From Mycolicibacterium smegmatis (GTDB lineage: Bacteria > Actinomycetota > Actinomycetes > Mycobacteriales > Mycobacteriaceae), in assembly GCF_001457595.1 (NCBI RefSeq), contig NZ_LN831039.1:3720001-3752000 (forward strand): 32,000 nt of DNA. Reading direction: 5' to 3'. This document shows positions 18,666-26,003 of the stretch, in pieces. Under the pieces are notes generated by a model, which was not told the DNA's origin, searched no databases, and saw only the letters and a program-made list of their open reading frames with translations. The stretch's first letter is position 1. The number at the start of each line of letters is the position of its first letter. The position numbers and the translations under genes were made by a program.

Positions 18666-18726
18666 GTTCGCCCGCGAAAGCTCGCTGAGCTTGGAGTTCG
18701 CGCCTGCTGGGTACACTGCGCAAGTT

Positions 18727-19494
18727 ATGTCTGACCAGAGCGCCGTGGCCGCGCAACATCCCCACCCGCTGATGGCGCAGCTGGCCGCCCTGCACCACTT
18801 CCGCATCTACGTCGACATCGCGATCGTCGTCGTGGTGCTGGCGATGACCAATCTGATCGCCCACTTCACGACCCCGTGGGCCAGCATCGCGACCGTCCCC
18901 GCGGCAGCCGTCGGACTGCTCGCGCTGGCGCGCGCACGCGGCTGGGGCTGGACCGAGCTGGGCCTGGGCCGCGAACACTGGAAGACGGGTGCGGGCTATG
19001 CGCTCGCCGCGGTGGGTGTGGTTCTCTCGGTGATCGCGATCGGCGCGTTGCTGCCGTGGACGCGACCGATGTTCATGAACGACAACTACGCGACGCTGTC
19101 GGGCGCGCTGATCGCGTCGATGATCATCATCCCGCTGCAGACCGTGATCCCCGAGGAGCTGGCATTCCGCGGCGTGCTGCACGGCGCGCTGGACCGTGCG
19201 TGGGGTTTCCGAGGTGTCGCGGCGGCCGGGTCGCTCCTGTTCGGGATGTGGCACATCGCGACCTCCCTGGGTCTGACGAGCAGCAACGTCGGCTTCACAC
19301 GCCTGTTCGGCGGTGGCATTCTCGGCACCGTCGCCGGCGTCGTGCTCGCAGTCGTCGCCACCGGCATCGCGGGTTTCGTGTTCAGCTGGCTGCGCAGGCG
19401 CAGCGGCAGCCTCCTGGCTCCGATCGCCCTGCACTGGTCGCTCAACGGCATGGGCGCGCTGGCCGCCGCAGTCGTCTGGCACATCTCGACCTGA
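18727..19494 (+). CDS. CPBP-family (CAAX/Abi-type) intramembrane glutamic endopeptidase
   Basis: Multi-pass hydrophobic protein with the three CPBP motifs EELAFRG, FGMWH and HWSLN. I prefer ATG 18727 over the TTG at 18691 used in the track. Confidence 0.8.
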   Translation: MSDQSAVAAQHPHPLMAQLAALHHFRIYVDIAIVVVVLAMTNLIAHFTTPWASIATVPAAAVGLLALARARGWGWTELGLGREHWKTGAGYALAAVGVVLSVIAIGALLPWTRPMFMNDNYATLSGALIASMIIIPLQTVIPEELAFRGVLHGALDRAWGFRGVAAAGSLLFGMWHIATSLGLTSSNVGFTRLFGGGILGTVAGVVLAVVATGIAGFVFSWLRRRSGSLLAPIALHWSLNGMGALAAAVVWHIST

Positions 19495-19495
19495 G

Positions 19496-20107
19496 TCAGG
19501 GGCGATCGACGTCGTCCACGTCGGTTCCGGCTTTCCCATCGGCACGGTGGCGCGCGCGGAACTGCCGGTTCTTGAGCTTGTTCCCGCAGACCGACATCGT
19601 GCACCAGGATCCCCCGTGGTTGCGGGAGCGGTCGTAGAACGCCCAGCGGCAGTCCTCGTTGGCGCACGCCTTGAGCCGGCCCCACGTGCCGTCGCGTTGC
19701 GCGTCGCGCATCACGACCAGAAGTTCCACCAGGCGCTCGATGACCGAGTCACCCGCGGCGCACAGTGCCACCTCTCCGTCGGCGCCGAGTTCGGCGCGTG
19801 CGGTCGCACTGTCGGCCACCTGGCGCAGTGCACCGAGCGTCTCGGGCGCGGGCGCGGGACCCCCCACGTTGACCACCAGAAGCGCCCGCAGCGCCTCCCT
19901 GACGCCCAGCAGCAGGTCCATCTCGTCGCGCGTCGGTGTGGATCCGGGGCTCAGCAGGTCGTTGTCGATCAGCCACGGAACGGCGTGGGCGGGATCCGCC
20001 AGCCGGTCCTGCCCGCGCTCGAGGTCGACGGTGTTCACCAGCGCCTGGATGCGCGACAGCGGCCCAGGAGCGGGTTTTGTTTCGCTGTCTCCGGTCCATG
20101 TCACCAT
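19496..20107 (-). CDS. CGNR zinc-finger (ABATE-domain) putative stress-responsive regulator
   Basis: The C-terminus CANEDCRWAFYDRSRNHGGSWCTMSVCGNKLKNRQFR carries the CGNR zinc-finger signature. The stop at 19496-19498 lies 1 nt from the stop of the convergent CPBP gene. Confidence 0.85.
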   Translation of the reverse strand: MVTWTGDSETKPAPGPLSRIQALVNTVDLERGQDRLADPAHAVPWLIDNDLLSPGSTPTRDEMDLLLGVREALRALLVVNVGGPAPAPETLGALRQVADSATARAELGADGEVALCAAGDSVIERLVELLVVMRDAQRDGTWGRLKACANEDCRWAFYDRSRNHGGSWCTMSVCGNKLKNRQFRARHRADGKAGTDVDDVDRP

Positions 20108-20125
20108 GACCCCACTCTACCCTTC

Positions 20126-20164
20126 GTGACCGGTGAAATGGTTTGACTAGTCATTCATGACCGG
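20126..20164. promoter_or_regulatory. Candidate operator: 10-bp palindrome TGACTAGTCA flanked by direct TGACCGG half-repeats
   Basis: TGACTAGTCA at 20144-20153 is a perfect palindrome. GTGACCGGTGAAA (20126-20138) and ATGACCGGCGTAA (20157-20169) flank it. The site lies in the 117-bp divergent gap between the CGNR gene and the 163-aa ORF. Confidence 0.4.
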
Positions 20165-20224
20165 CGTAACCTTTTAGGAAGTCACGGTCTTGAACCGGAA
20201 TTCGTAACTACACGAGGTAGCGGC

Positions 20225-20716
20225 ATGACTGACAACCGAACTTCACCGGCCCTGGCGCCGGCACCACGCACCCACCGCCGCGTCACCGCAACCCCGGTGG
20301 CCGTGCGCGCCTCGATCCGCGCCCGCATCGAGGCCCGCATCCACGCGAACAAACTCGACGCGGCCCTGGCCGTCGGGGCGCCGACGCCGCCGGGCAGTGC
20401 CATCGCAGTGCGCGCCGACCGGTTGACCTCAGCCTCGGAACGGCACGCCATCGCACGCACGTTGCGACGCGCCGTACGCGACGCTGCGAGTGACATATGG
20501 CAGATCTCGGCACGGGTTCCGTTGCACCGCAAGAACATCGACGAGTGCCGCGAGCTCATCGAGGCGATCGCACAACGCCTGCACGCGCCCGCGCCGGTGA
20601 GCGCACGCGGCATGGCCCGGCTGAGCCGCCTGATCGGCGACGGATGCGGGCCGCTGTACGCGATGGGTCGCGGAGACCTTGCCGGCCGTCTCGGCGCGGC
20701 ACTCGCCGCGCTCTAG
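20225..20716 (+). CDS. Conserved-looking hypothetical protein, Ala/Arg-rich and helical, no recognisable domain
   Basis: 163 aa with GC3-rich codons. GAGG at 20214-20217 lies 7 nt before the ATG. I recognise no catalytic or DNA-binding motif. Confidence 0.6.
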   Translation: MTDNRTSPALAPAPRTHRRVTATPVAVRASIRARIEARIHANKLDAALAVGAPTPPGSAIAVRADRLTSASERHAIARTLRRAVRDAASDIWQISARVPLHRKNIDECRELIEAIAQRLHAPAPVSARGMARLSRLIGDGCGPLYAMGRGDLAGRLGAALAAL

Positions 20717-20730
20717 GTTCACCGCGGGGT

Positions 20731-21744
20731 TCACAGAACGAGCACCGCGGCGCCCGAGATCCGCCCGGCGCCCAGATCCGCCAGGGCCTGATCCGCACGG
20801 TCCAGCGGATACTCCGGCGTGGTCACCTGCATGCGGTGTTCGGCGACGAACGACAAGAACTCGCGGGCATCGGCCCGGGTGTTGGCGGTGACCGACCGGA
20901 TCTCGCGCTCCTGGAACAGGTGGTCCTGGTAGTTGAGTGACGGGATGTCGCTGAGGTGGATGCCCGCGATCGCCAGCACGCCGCCGCGGTCCAGCGCGGC
21001 CATCGCGGGCAGGACCAGATCGCCGACGGGGGCGAACAGGATCGCCGCGTCGAGCGGTTCGGGCGGCATGTCGGTGGCGCCCTGCGCCGACGCCGCGCCC
21101 AGCGCGAGCGCGAGTTCACGAGCCTGCTCACCACGGGTCATGACGTGCACGCGCGCACCCCGCGCCAATGCCACCTGAGCCGTGAGGTGCGCGCTGCCAC
21201 CGAAGCCGTAGATGCCGAGGCGCCCGCTCGCAGGAAGCCCGGTGCGCATGAGAGCGCGATAGCCGATGATGCCCGCGCACAGCAGCGGGGCCAGTTCGGT
21301 GTCTGAGTACCCGCCAGGCAGACGATGCGCGTATGCCGCGGGCACCGTGGTGTATTCGGCATAACCGCCGTCGGCATCCCACCCTGTGTACCGCGATTCG
21401 GGGCACAGGTTTTCCCGCCCGCGCAGGCAGTATGCGCACCGGCCGCACGTGTATCGCAGCCAGGCGACACCTACGCGGTCACCTGCGGCGAACCCGTGCA
21501 CGTCGGGACCGGCCGCGACAACTTCGCCGACCACCTCGTGGCCCGGGATCACATTGGGCCGGTGTACCGCCAGATCACCTTCGGCAACATGCAGGTCCGT
21601 GCGGCACACGCCGCACGCACGAACCGCGACGAGAAGTTCGCCGTCGCCCGGTTCCGGCCTGGGCACCGTCGCGCGGTGCAGAGGGCGCGTGTCGACCGGC
21701 CCCGGGCTGACGACCTGCCATGCGGTCATGGCGGAGGAGCTCAT
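20731..21744 (-). CDS. adhA: Zn-dependent alcohol dehydrogenase (AdhA-like, Rv1862 position)
   Basis: 337 aa. Contains [33 protein letters not shown] and GFGGSAHL. Its position next to the Rv1861-like and apa genes matches M. tuberculosis synteny. The start could instead be ATG 21729. Confidence 0.85.
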   Translation of the reverse strand: MSSSAMTAWQVVSPGPVDTRPLHRATVPRPEPGDGELLVAVRACGVCRTDLHVAEGDLAVHRPNVIPGHEVVGEVVAAGPDVHGFAAGDRVGVAWLRYTCGRCAYCLRGRENLCPESRYTGWDADGGYAEYTTVPAAYAHRLPGGYSDTELAPLLCAGIIGYRALMRTGLPASGRLGIYGFGGSAHLTAQVALARGARVHVMTRGEQARELALALGAASAQGATDMPPEPLDAAILFAPVGDLVLPAMAALDRGGVLAIAGIHLSDIPSLNYQDHLFQEREIRSVTANTRADAREFLSFVAEHRMQVTTPEYPLDRADQALADLGAGRISGAAVLVL

Positions 21745-21764
21745 GACCTATGTATTACCGGGAG

Positions 21765-22067
21765 TCAGCTACGGCTGCGCACCATACCGACAAGCCACAG
21801 CAGGATCACCGAGCCCAGGATGGCCGTGAACAGGGTGAACCACCAGCCGCCGCCCGCGGTGTCGAGGAAGAAGCTGAGCAAAAAGCCGCCGATGAGCGCG
21901 CCGACCACTCCGATGACGATGTTCATCAGGAGCCCCGATCCGCCGCCTTTGACGATCTTGCCCGCGATCCAGCCGGCGATCGCGCCGATGATGATGTAGC
22001 CGATCCAGCCGACACTCGTCAGCGTGCTCGAGCGCGCCAGGATCTCGGTTGCTGCCAGTACGTCCAT
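21765..22067 (-). CDS. GlsB/YeaQ/YmgE-family small membrane protein (Rv1861-like)
   Basis: 100 aa with three Gly-rich hydrophobic spans (IIIGAIAGWIAGKIV, VIGVVGALIGGFLL). A strong SD AAGGAGG lies upstream of the ATG. Confidence 0.85.
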   Translation of the reverse strand: MDVLAATEILARSSTLTSVGWIGYIIIGAIAGWIAGKIVKGGGSGLLMNIVIGVVGALIGGFLLSFFLDTAGGGWWFTLFTAILGSVILLWLVGMVRSRS

Positions 22068-22174
22068 TAGAGGCCTCCTTGCCTTTCTTGGCCGCCCAAC
22101 TCGGGCCTTACGCCCTGGCTCGGCTCCTTCGCCGGGCCACTTCCAGGTCTACCCCGCGAACGTAACGATTTAGC

Positions 22175-22198
22175 CGACCGATCGAACACGATCGGTCG
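22175..22198. other. Perfect 10-bp stem / 4-nt loop hairpin in a long intergenic region
   Basis: CGACCGATCG-AACA-CGATCGGTCG. No adjacent T-run on either strand, so it is not an obvious terminator. Confidence 0.4.
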
Positions 22199-22548
22199 TC
22201 GGTGCGAGGGGCATCGACGATGCACGGACTGGGCCGGCTACGTTCCGCCGACAGCGAAACGCACATATGGCAAAGGAATTCCCCGTTGTCGGGACACAAG
22301 CAGTTAGCTACCCTAGTCATTATCTGGCAACTTGCTGTGATCACGCGGCGGCGCGAGCCGCACCGCTGCCGTCGAGATTGGGATGTTGCTATGTGCAGCA
22401 CATACCGCCGGGTGGCGCGCCCCGCGTGCGTCGCGATCCCCGCGCGTGCCGACGCATCAGCTATCTCACATCCACCCCGTCAGTCACATTGTTCACACGT
22501 GTCACAGCATCGGTTAGGCAAATGATGCCGACGTGCGAGGAGGCAACG

Positions 22549-22806
22549 ATGAAGGCACTGATCGGACTGGCTGTCGGCGCACTCGCGGCCGGCGGCATCG
22601 CCCTGGCGACGGCGTCGCCTGCGAGTGCCGGATGTCAGGGTGGATGGACACCGTGGGGTGGCGGGACCACGTGTGACGGGCCCATCGCCCAGGACGGCAC
22701 GTTCCAGCGCTGCGTCACCGCGGGCGCTCTCGGCTTCGGCGGCACCAACTGCTACCTGCTGAACGTCAACAACCTCGCGGGCAACATCCCGTACGTCGGG
22801 CCGTAG
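22549..22806 (+). CDS. Small secreted (or lipo-) protein, 85 aa, Gly-rich with four Cys
   Basis: SD GAGGAGG (22537-22543) lies 5 nt before the ATG. The signal peptide is MKALIGLAVGALAAGGIALATASPASA, followed by GC. The mature ~57 aa contains 4 Cys. The track ORF from 22267 would bury the signal peptide internally, so I rejected that start. Confidence 0.7.
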   Translation: MKALIGLAVGALAAGGIALATASPASAGCQGGWTPWGGGTTCDGPIAQDGTFQRCVTAGALGFGGTNCYLLNVNNLAGNIPYVGP

Positions 22807-22822
22807 AGCGAAACACAAAAGC

Positions 22823-22857
22823 GAACGACCCCGGACCCATGCGGGCCGGGGTCGTTC
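22823..22857. terminator. Strong hairpin terminator between the convergent secreted-protein and apa genes
   Basis: GAACGACCCCGG (22823-22834) pairs perfectly with CCGGGGTCGTTC (22846-22857), and CCC/GGG pairing extends into the loop. On the minus strand it is followed by GCTTTTGTGTTT, which makes it an intrinsic terminator for apa. Confidence 0.7.
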
Positions 22858-22869
22858 ACCACGTGCGGA

Positions 22870-23913
22870 TCAGGCCGGAGGCATCATCTCCGGCGGCGCA
22901 TCGGTCACCGGGACCGGAACGCCGACGCCGGGGCGGGCCGGCGGCGCGTTGGGATCCGGCGGCGGAGGTGCCGCGTTGGGATCGGCCGGATCGGCCGGAG
23001 CGGGCGGCGGAGGCGGCGGAGGCGCCCACGGGCGGATCGAATTCGCCAGTGCCACAGCGGCATCCTTGTCGATCGGGTTGTTCGCAGTGCCCAGCCACAC
23101 GACGAACCAGCGTTCGGGCGTGCGCTGTCCGCGCGGCGTACCGGGCGCGACCGGCTGCCCGACCACGCCGGCCCAGATCTGACCGGCAGGCTTGTTGGCG
23201 TCGGTGAATTTGACCTCGTAATACGACGCCACGCCGGGCATACCGTCGGCGTTCAGCTGCACGGTCTGCTGATTGACCCGCGTACCGGGGAACGGCATGA
23301 AGAACTCACCCATGTCGGAGGCGAGTCGCACGGCGGCCTTGTTGTTGTCGGGTTCGGCGCCCGCGAAGAGCTTGAGGTCAAGACGGCCCAGCAGCACGCT
23401 GGTGTCGTTCGGCGGCTCGGCACCCTCGGCAACGGTCTTGGTCAGCAACGCCTGGCCGTACGAGAGCTGCGTGGCGTCCGACACCTGCCAACCCTCGGGA
23501 ACCACATAGCTGAAGCCACCCGCCGCGTTGTCGACGCGGCCGGGCTCGGGCGCAGGCGGCTCCTCGGCAGGTGCGGGCGCGGGTGCGTTCGGATCGGCGG
23601 GCGCGGGTGCGGGCGCATTGGGATCGGCGGGCGCGGGTGCCGGAGCAGGCGCCGGGGCCGGAGCACCAGGAGCCGGCGCCGGGGCAGGTGCGGGAGCCGG
23701 AGCAGGCGCGGGAGCCGGAGCGGGCGCGTTCGGGTCTGCAGGCGGCGGCGCGGGCAGGAAGGTGTTACCGGGCGGCGGCGGTGGCGGCTCGGGATCCGCG
23801 TGCGCCACCGACGGCAGCGCCACCGCGACCGCCGTCATGCCGGTCACCGCAGCCAGCGTCAGCTTCTTCGACAGACCTGAGCGTCGATGAGACATCGAGT
23901 CCGACTCGTACAT
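22870..23913 (-). CDS. apa: Alanine/proline-rich secreted glycoprotein Apa (fibronectin attachment protein, 45/47-kDa antigen homologue)
   Basis: Signal peptide ending [14 protein letters not shown] and AP-rich N- and C-termini. The central domain has strings I recognise from M. tuberculosis Apa ([55 protein letters not shown]). An alternative start is ATG 23895 (MSHRRSG...). Confidence 0.92.
   Translation of the reverse strand: MYESDSMSHRRSGLSKKLTLAAVTGMTAVAVALPSVAHADPEPPPPPPGNTFLPAPPPADPNAPAPAPAPAPAPAPAPAPAPGAPAPAPAPAPAPADPNAPAPAPADPNAPAPAPAEEPPAPEPGRVDNAAGGFSYVVPEGWQVSDATQLSYGQALLTKTVAEGAEPPNDTSVLLGRLDLKLFAGAEPDNNKAAVRLASDMGEFFMPFPGTRVNQQTVQLNADGMPGVASYYEVKFTDANKPAGQIWAGVVGQPVAPGTPRGQRTPERWFVVWLGTANNPIDKDAAVALANSIRPWAPPPPPPPAPADPADPNAAPPPPDPNAPPARPGVGVPVPVTDAPPEMMPPA
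23542..23754 (-). repeat. In-frame low-complexity coding repeat: (AP)n tracts and three [10 protein letters not shown] units within apa
   Basis: Protein residues ~54-124 read [71 protein letters not shown]. They are encoded by imperfect GCN-CCN hexamer repeats. Confidence 0.8.
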
Positions 23914-24227
23914 GGGGAAGAAACTACCGTGTTACGGCCGTGACGCAAGTGTGAGTTGCTCTTAGAGTGTTTTTCTGAGAGGTTGCTGAGCACAGCGACA
24001 GTAGAAGTCAATGGCATGAAGGCCAGTTGCTGGCACGACGAGGCCCGGACCGCCACGCCGAGGCCGTCAGACTCCCGCCGGCAACACCGTACCGCCCGTA
24101 TTCTGACCGTTTAATCGCGCCCCGCGCGCGCCGCGTTACGACTCCGGGGACCGCTCGCGAGCGAACTTCGGCACGCGAGCACGGGCGCGTTGAGTTTCGT
24201 CAGCTAGCTACCGTCCAGTAACATTGG

Positions 24228-24262
24228 GGGCTGATCACCCGCCGACCGGCGTGGTGATCCCC
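24228..24262 (+). promoter_or_regulatory. Imperfect long hairpin in the 5' leader just upstream of the SD of the SDR-like gene
   Basis: GGG(ct)GATCACC-CGCC-[gacc]-GGCG(t)GGTGATC-CCC gives about 14 bp with two bulges. It is followed by the duplicated GGTACAT motif (GGTACATGGAGGTACATCATG) that contains the SD and ATG. Confidence 0.35.
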
Positions 24263-24280
24263 GGTACATGGAGGTACATC

Positions 24281-24952
24281 ATGGCGGAGGTGCTGGTCAC
24301 CGGCGGCGACACCGAACTCGGACGCGCGATCGCGCAGGGTTTTCGGGACGCAGGCCACAATGTGGTGATCGCGGGCGCCCGCCGCGACGATCTTGAGGTC
24401 GCCGCCAAGGAACTGGATATCGAATCGATCGTCTTCGACAACACCGACGCAGCGAGCCTCGAAGCCGTGCGCGGCCAGTTCCCGCACCACCTCGACACCC
24501 TGGTCAACGTGCCCGCCCCGCGCTGGGAGGCCAAGGATCCCCGTACCTACACGCTCGCCGACCTGGCCTCGGCGTGGCGCAACAACCTCGACGCGACCGT
24601 GGTGTCGGCGGCGCTGACGGTGCAGATCGTGGGCGACCACCTCCGCTCCGGCGGTTCGATCGTCAACGTCCTGCCGGAGAGCGCCAAGGAGGGCAGCGTC
24701 GAGGCCGCGATCAAAGCCGCGCTGTCGGACTGGACCGCCGGACAGGCGGATTTCTTCGGCACCCGGGGCATCACCATCAACGCGGTCGCCGCGGGTCGCA
24801 GCGCCGAGCAGGCCTACGACGGGCTGACCCGCACTCCCCCGTCGGTCGCCGACGAGTTCACCAGGCTGGCGCTGTTCCTGTCGACGCCGGCCGCGCGGCA
24901 CATCACCGGGCAGACGCTGCACGTCAGCCGCGGTGCGCTCGCCACCGTCTGA
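24281..24952 (+). CDS. SDR-fold protein with degenerate catalytic motifs (Rv1856c position)
   Basis: MAEVLVTGGDTELGRAIA is the Rossmann glycine motif. GGAGG lies upstream of ATG 24281. The NNAG position reads NVPA, and the YxxxK position reads E-A-A-I-K. Confidence 0.8.
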   Translation: MAEVLVTGGDTELGRAIAQGFRDAGHNVVIAGARRDDLEVAAKELDIESIVFDNTDAASLEAVRGQFPHHLDTLVNVPAPRWEAKDPRTYTLADLASAWRNNLDATVVSAALTVQIVGDHLRSGGSIVNVLPESAKEGSVEAAIKAALSDWTAGQADFFGTRGITINAVAAGRSAEQAYDGLTRTPPSVADEFTRLALFLSTPAARHITGQTLHVSRGALATV

Positions 24953-24974
24953 CAACGCGTTTAGGGTCGGAGAA

Positions 24975-25904
24975 GTGACAATCCGACTCGCTCTCCAGAT
25001 TCCCAACTTCAGCTACGGCACCGGCGTCGAAGAACTCTTCCCCACCGTCATCGCGCAGGCCAAAGAAGCCGAGGACGCGGGGTTCGACACCGTGTTCGTG
25101 ATGGACCACTTCTACCAATTGCCGGGCATCGGTGAACCCGAGGAACCGATGCTGGAGGCCTACACCGCGCTCGGCGGCCTGGCCACCGCGACCGAACGCG
25201 TGCAACTGGGCACGCTCGTCACGGGCAACACCTACCGCAATCCCACCCTGCTGGCCAAGGCCATCACGACGCTCGACGTGGTCAGCCGCGGCCGCGCGGT
25301 GCTCGGCCTCGGCACCGGGTGGTTCGAACTCGAGCACGACCAACTCGGTTACGAATTCGGCACATTCACGCAGCGCTTCGAAAAGCTCGACGAGGCACTG
25401 CAGATCATCCTGCCGATGCTCAAAGGCGAGCGCCCCACGTTCAGCGGGAAGTACTACCGCACCGAGAACGCGCTGGCCAATCCCCGCTTCCGCGACCACA
25501 TTCCGTTGATGATCGGCGGTAGCGGCGAGAAGAAGACGATCCCCATGGCCGTCCGCCACTTCGACCACCTCAACGTGATCGCCGGATTCGACGAACTGGC
25601 GCGCAAACTCGACGTCATCAAGAAGAACTGCGACGAGATCGACCGGGATCCGGCGACGCTGGAGACCAGCGTGCTGCTGAGCGCGATCATCGACGAGAAC
25701 GCATCACTCGACGCGATCCCCGAACCGTTCAGGCAGCGCAGCGTCGTGGGAACGCCCGAGCAGATCGCCGAACAGGTCAAGACCAAGGTGCTCGATCTGG
25801 GCATCGACGGCGTCGCGATCAACATCCCCACGTGGCAGCTCGGATACCGCCCAGGAGACATCACAGCCATCGGCGAAGCGTTGAAACCACTGATATCTGG
25901 GTAG
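24975..25904 (+). CDS. LLM-class F420/flavin-dependent oxidoreductase (Rv1855c position)
   Basis: VTIRLALQIPNFSYGTG...VFVMDHFYQLPG...GLGTGW is a luciferase-like monooxygenase pattern. I chose GTG 24975 as the start. The track start 24933 would overlap the preceding gene. Confidence 0.85.
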   Translation: MTIRLALQIPNFSYGTGVEELFPTVIAQAKEAEDAGFDTVFVMDHFYQLPGIGEPEEPMLEAYTALGGLATATERVQLGTLVTGNTYRNPTLLAKAITTLDVVSRGRAVLGLGTGWFELEHDQLGYEFGTFTQRFEKLDEALQIILPMLKGERPTFSGKYYRTENALANPRFRDHIPLMIGGSGEKKTIPMAVRHFDHLNVIAGFDELARKLDVIKKNCDEIDRDPATLETSVLLSAIIDENASLDAIPEPFRQRSVVGTPEQIAEQVKTKVLDLGIDGVAINIPTWQLGYRPGDITAIGEALKPLISG

Positions 25905-26003
25905 ACGTTCGGTGCGGTTGCCCACGTCACCGCGCTGTGGGGAATCGCGCCGACTAATCTGTTCGTTGTACCGAGTGGTAGAAAACGTTTGCGAGGAGCA
26001 TCA

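Noticed and set aside
18666-18726. Repeated GAGTTCGC motif and short self-complementary TTCGCCCGCGAA downstream of xfp as a possible terminator
   Set aside because: The stem would be only 5 bp with a 2-nt loop, and there is no T-run. That is not a credible hairpin.
22267-22548. Upstream in-frame extension giving a 179-aa version of the small secreted protein
   Set aside because: It would bury the signal peptide about 94 residues inside the protein. There is a strong GAGGAGG SD directly before ATG 22549, and the extension is Cys/Arg-rich with poor codon bias.
23528-23890. Highly repetitive DNA (GCGGGTGCGGGCGC-type units) that could be mistaken for a CRISPR array or a minisatellite
   Set aside because: There is no repeat-spacer organisation. 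The repeats are 6-nt-periodic and in frame, encoding the Ala-Pro tract of Apa. The plus-strand 'GAGAGAGA' ORF is the antisense image.
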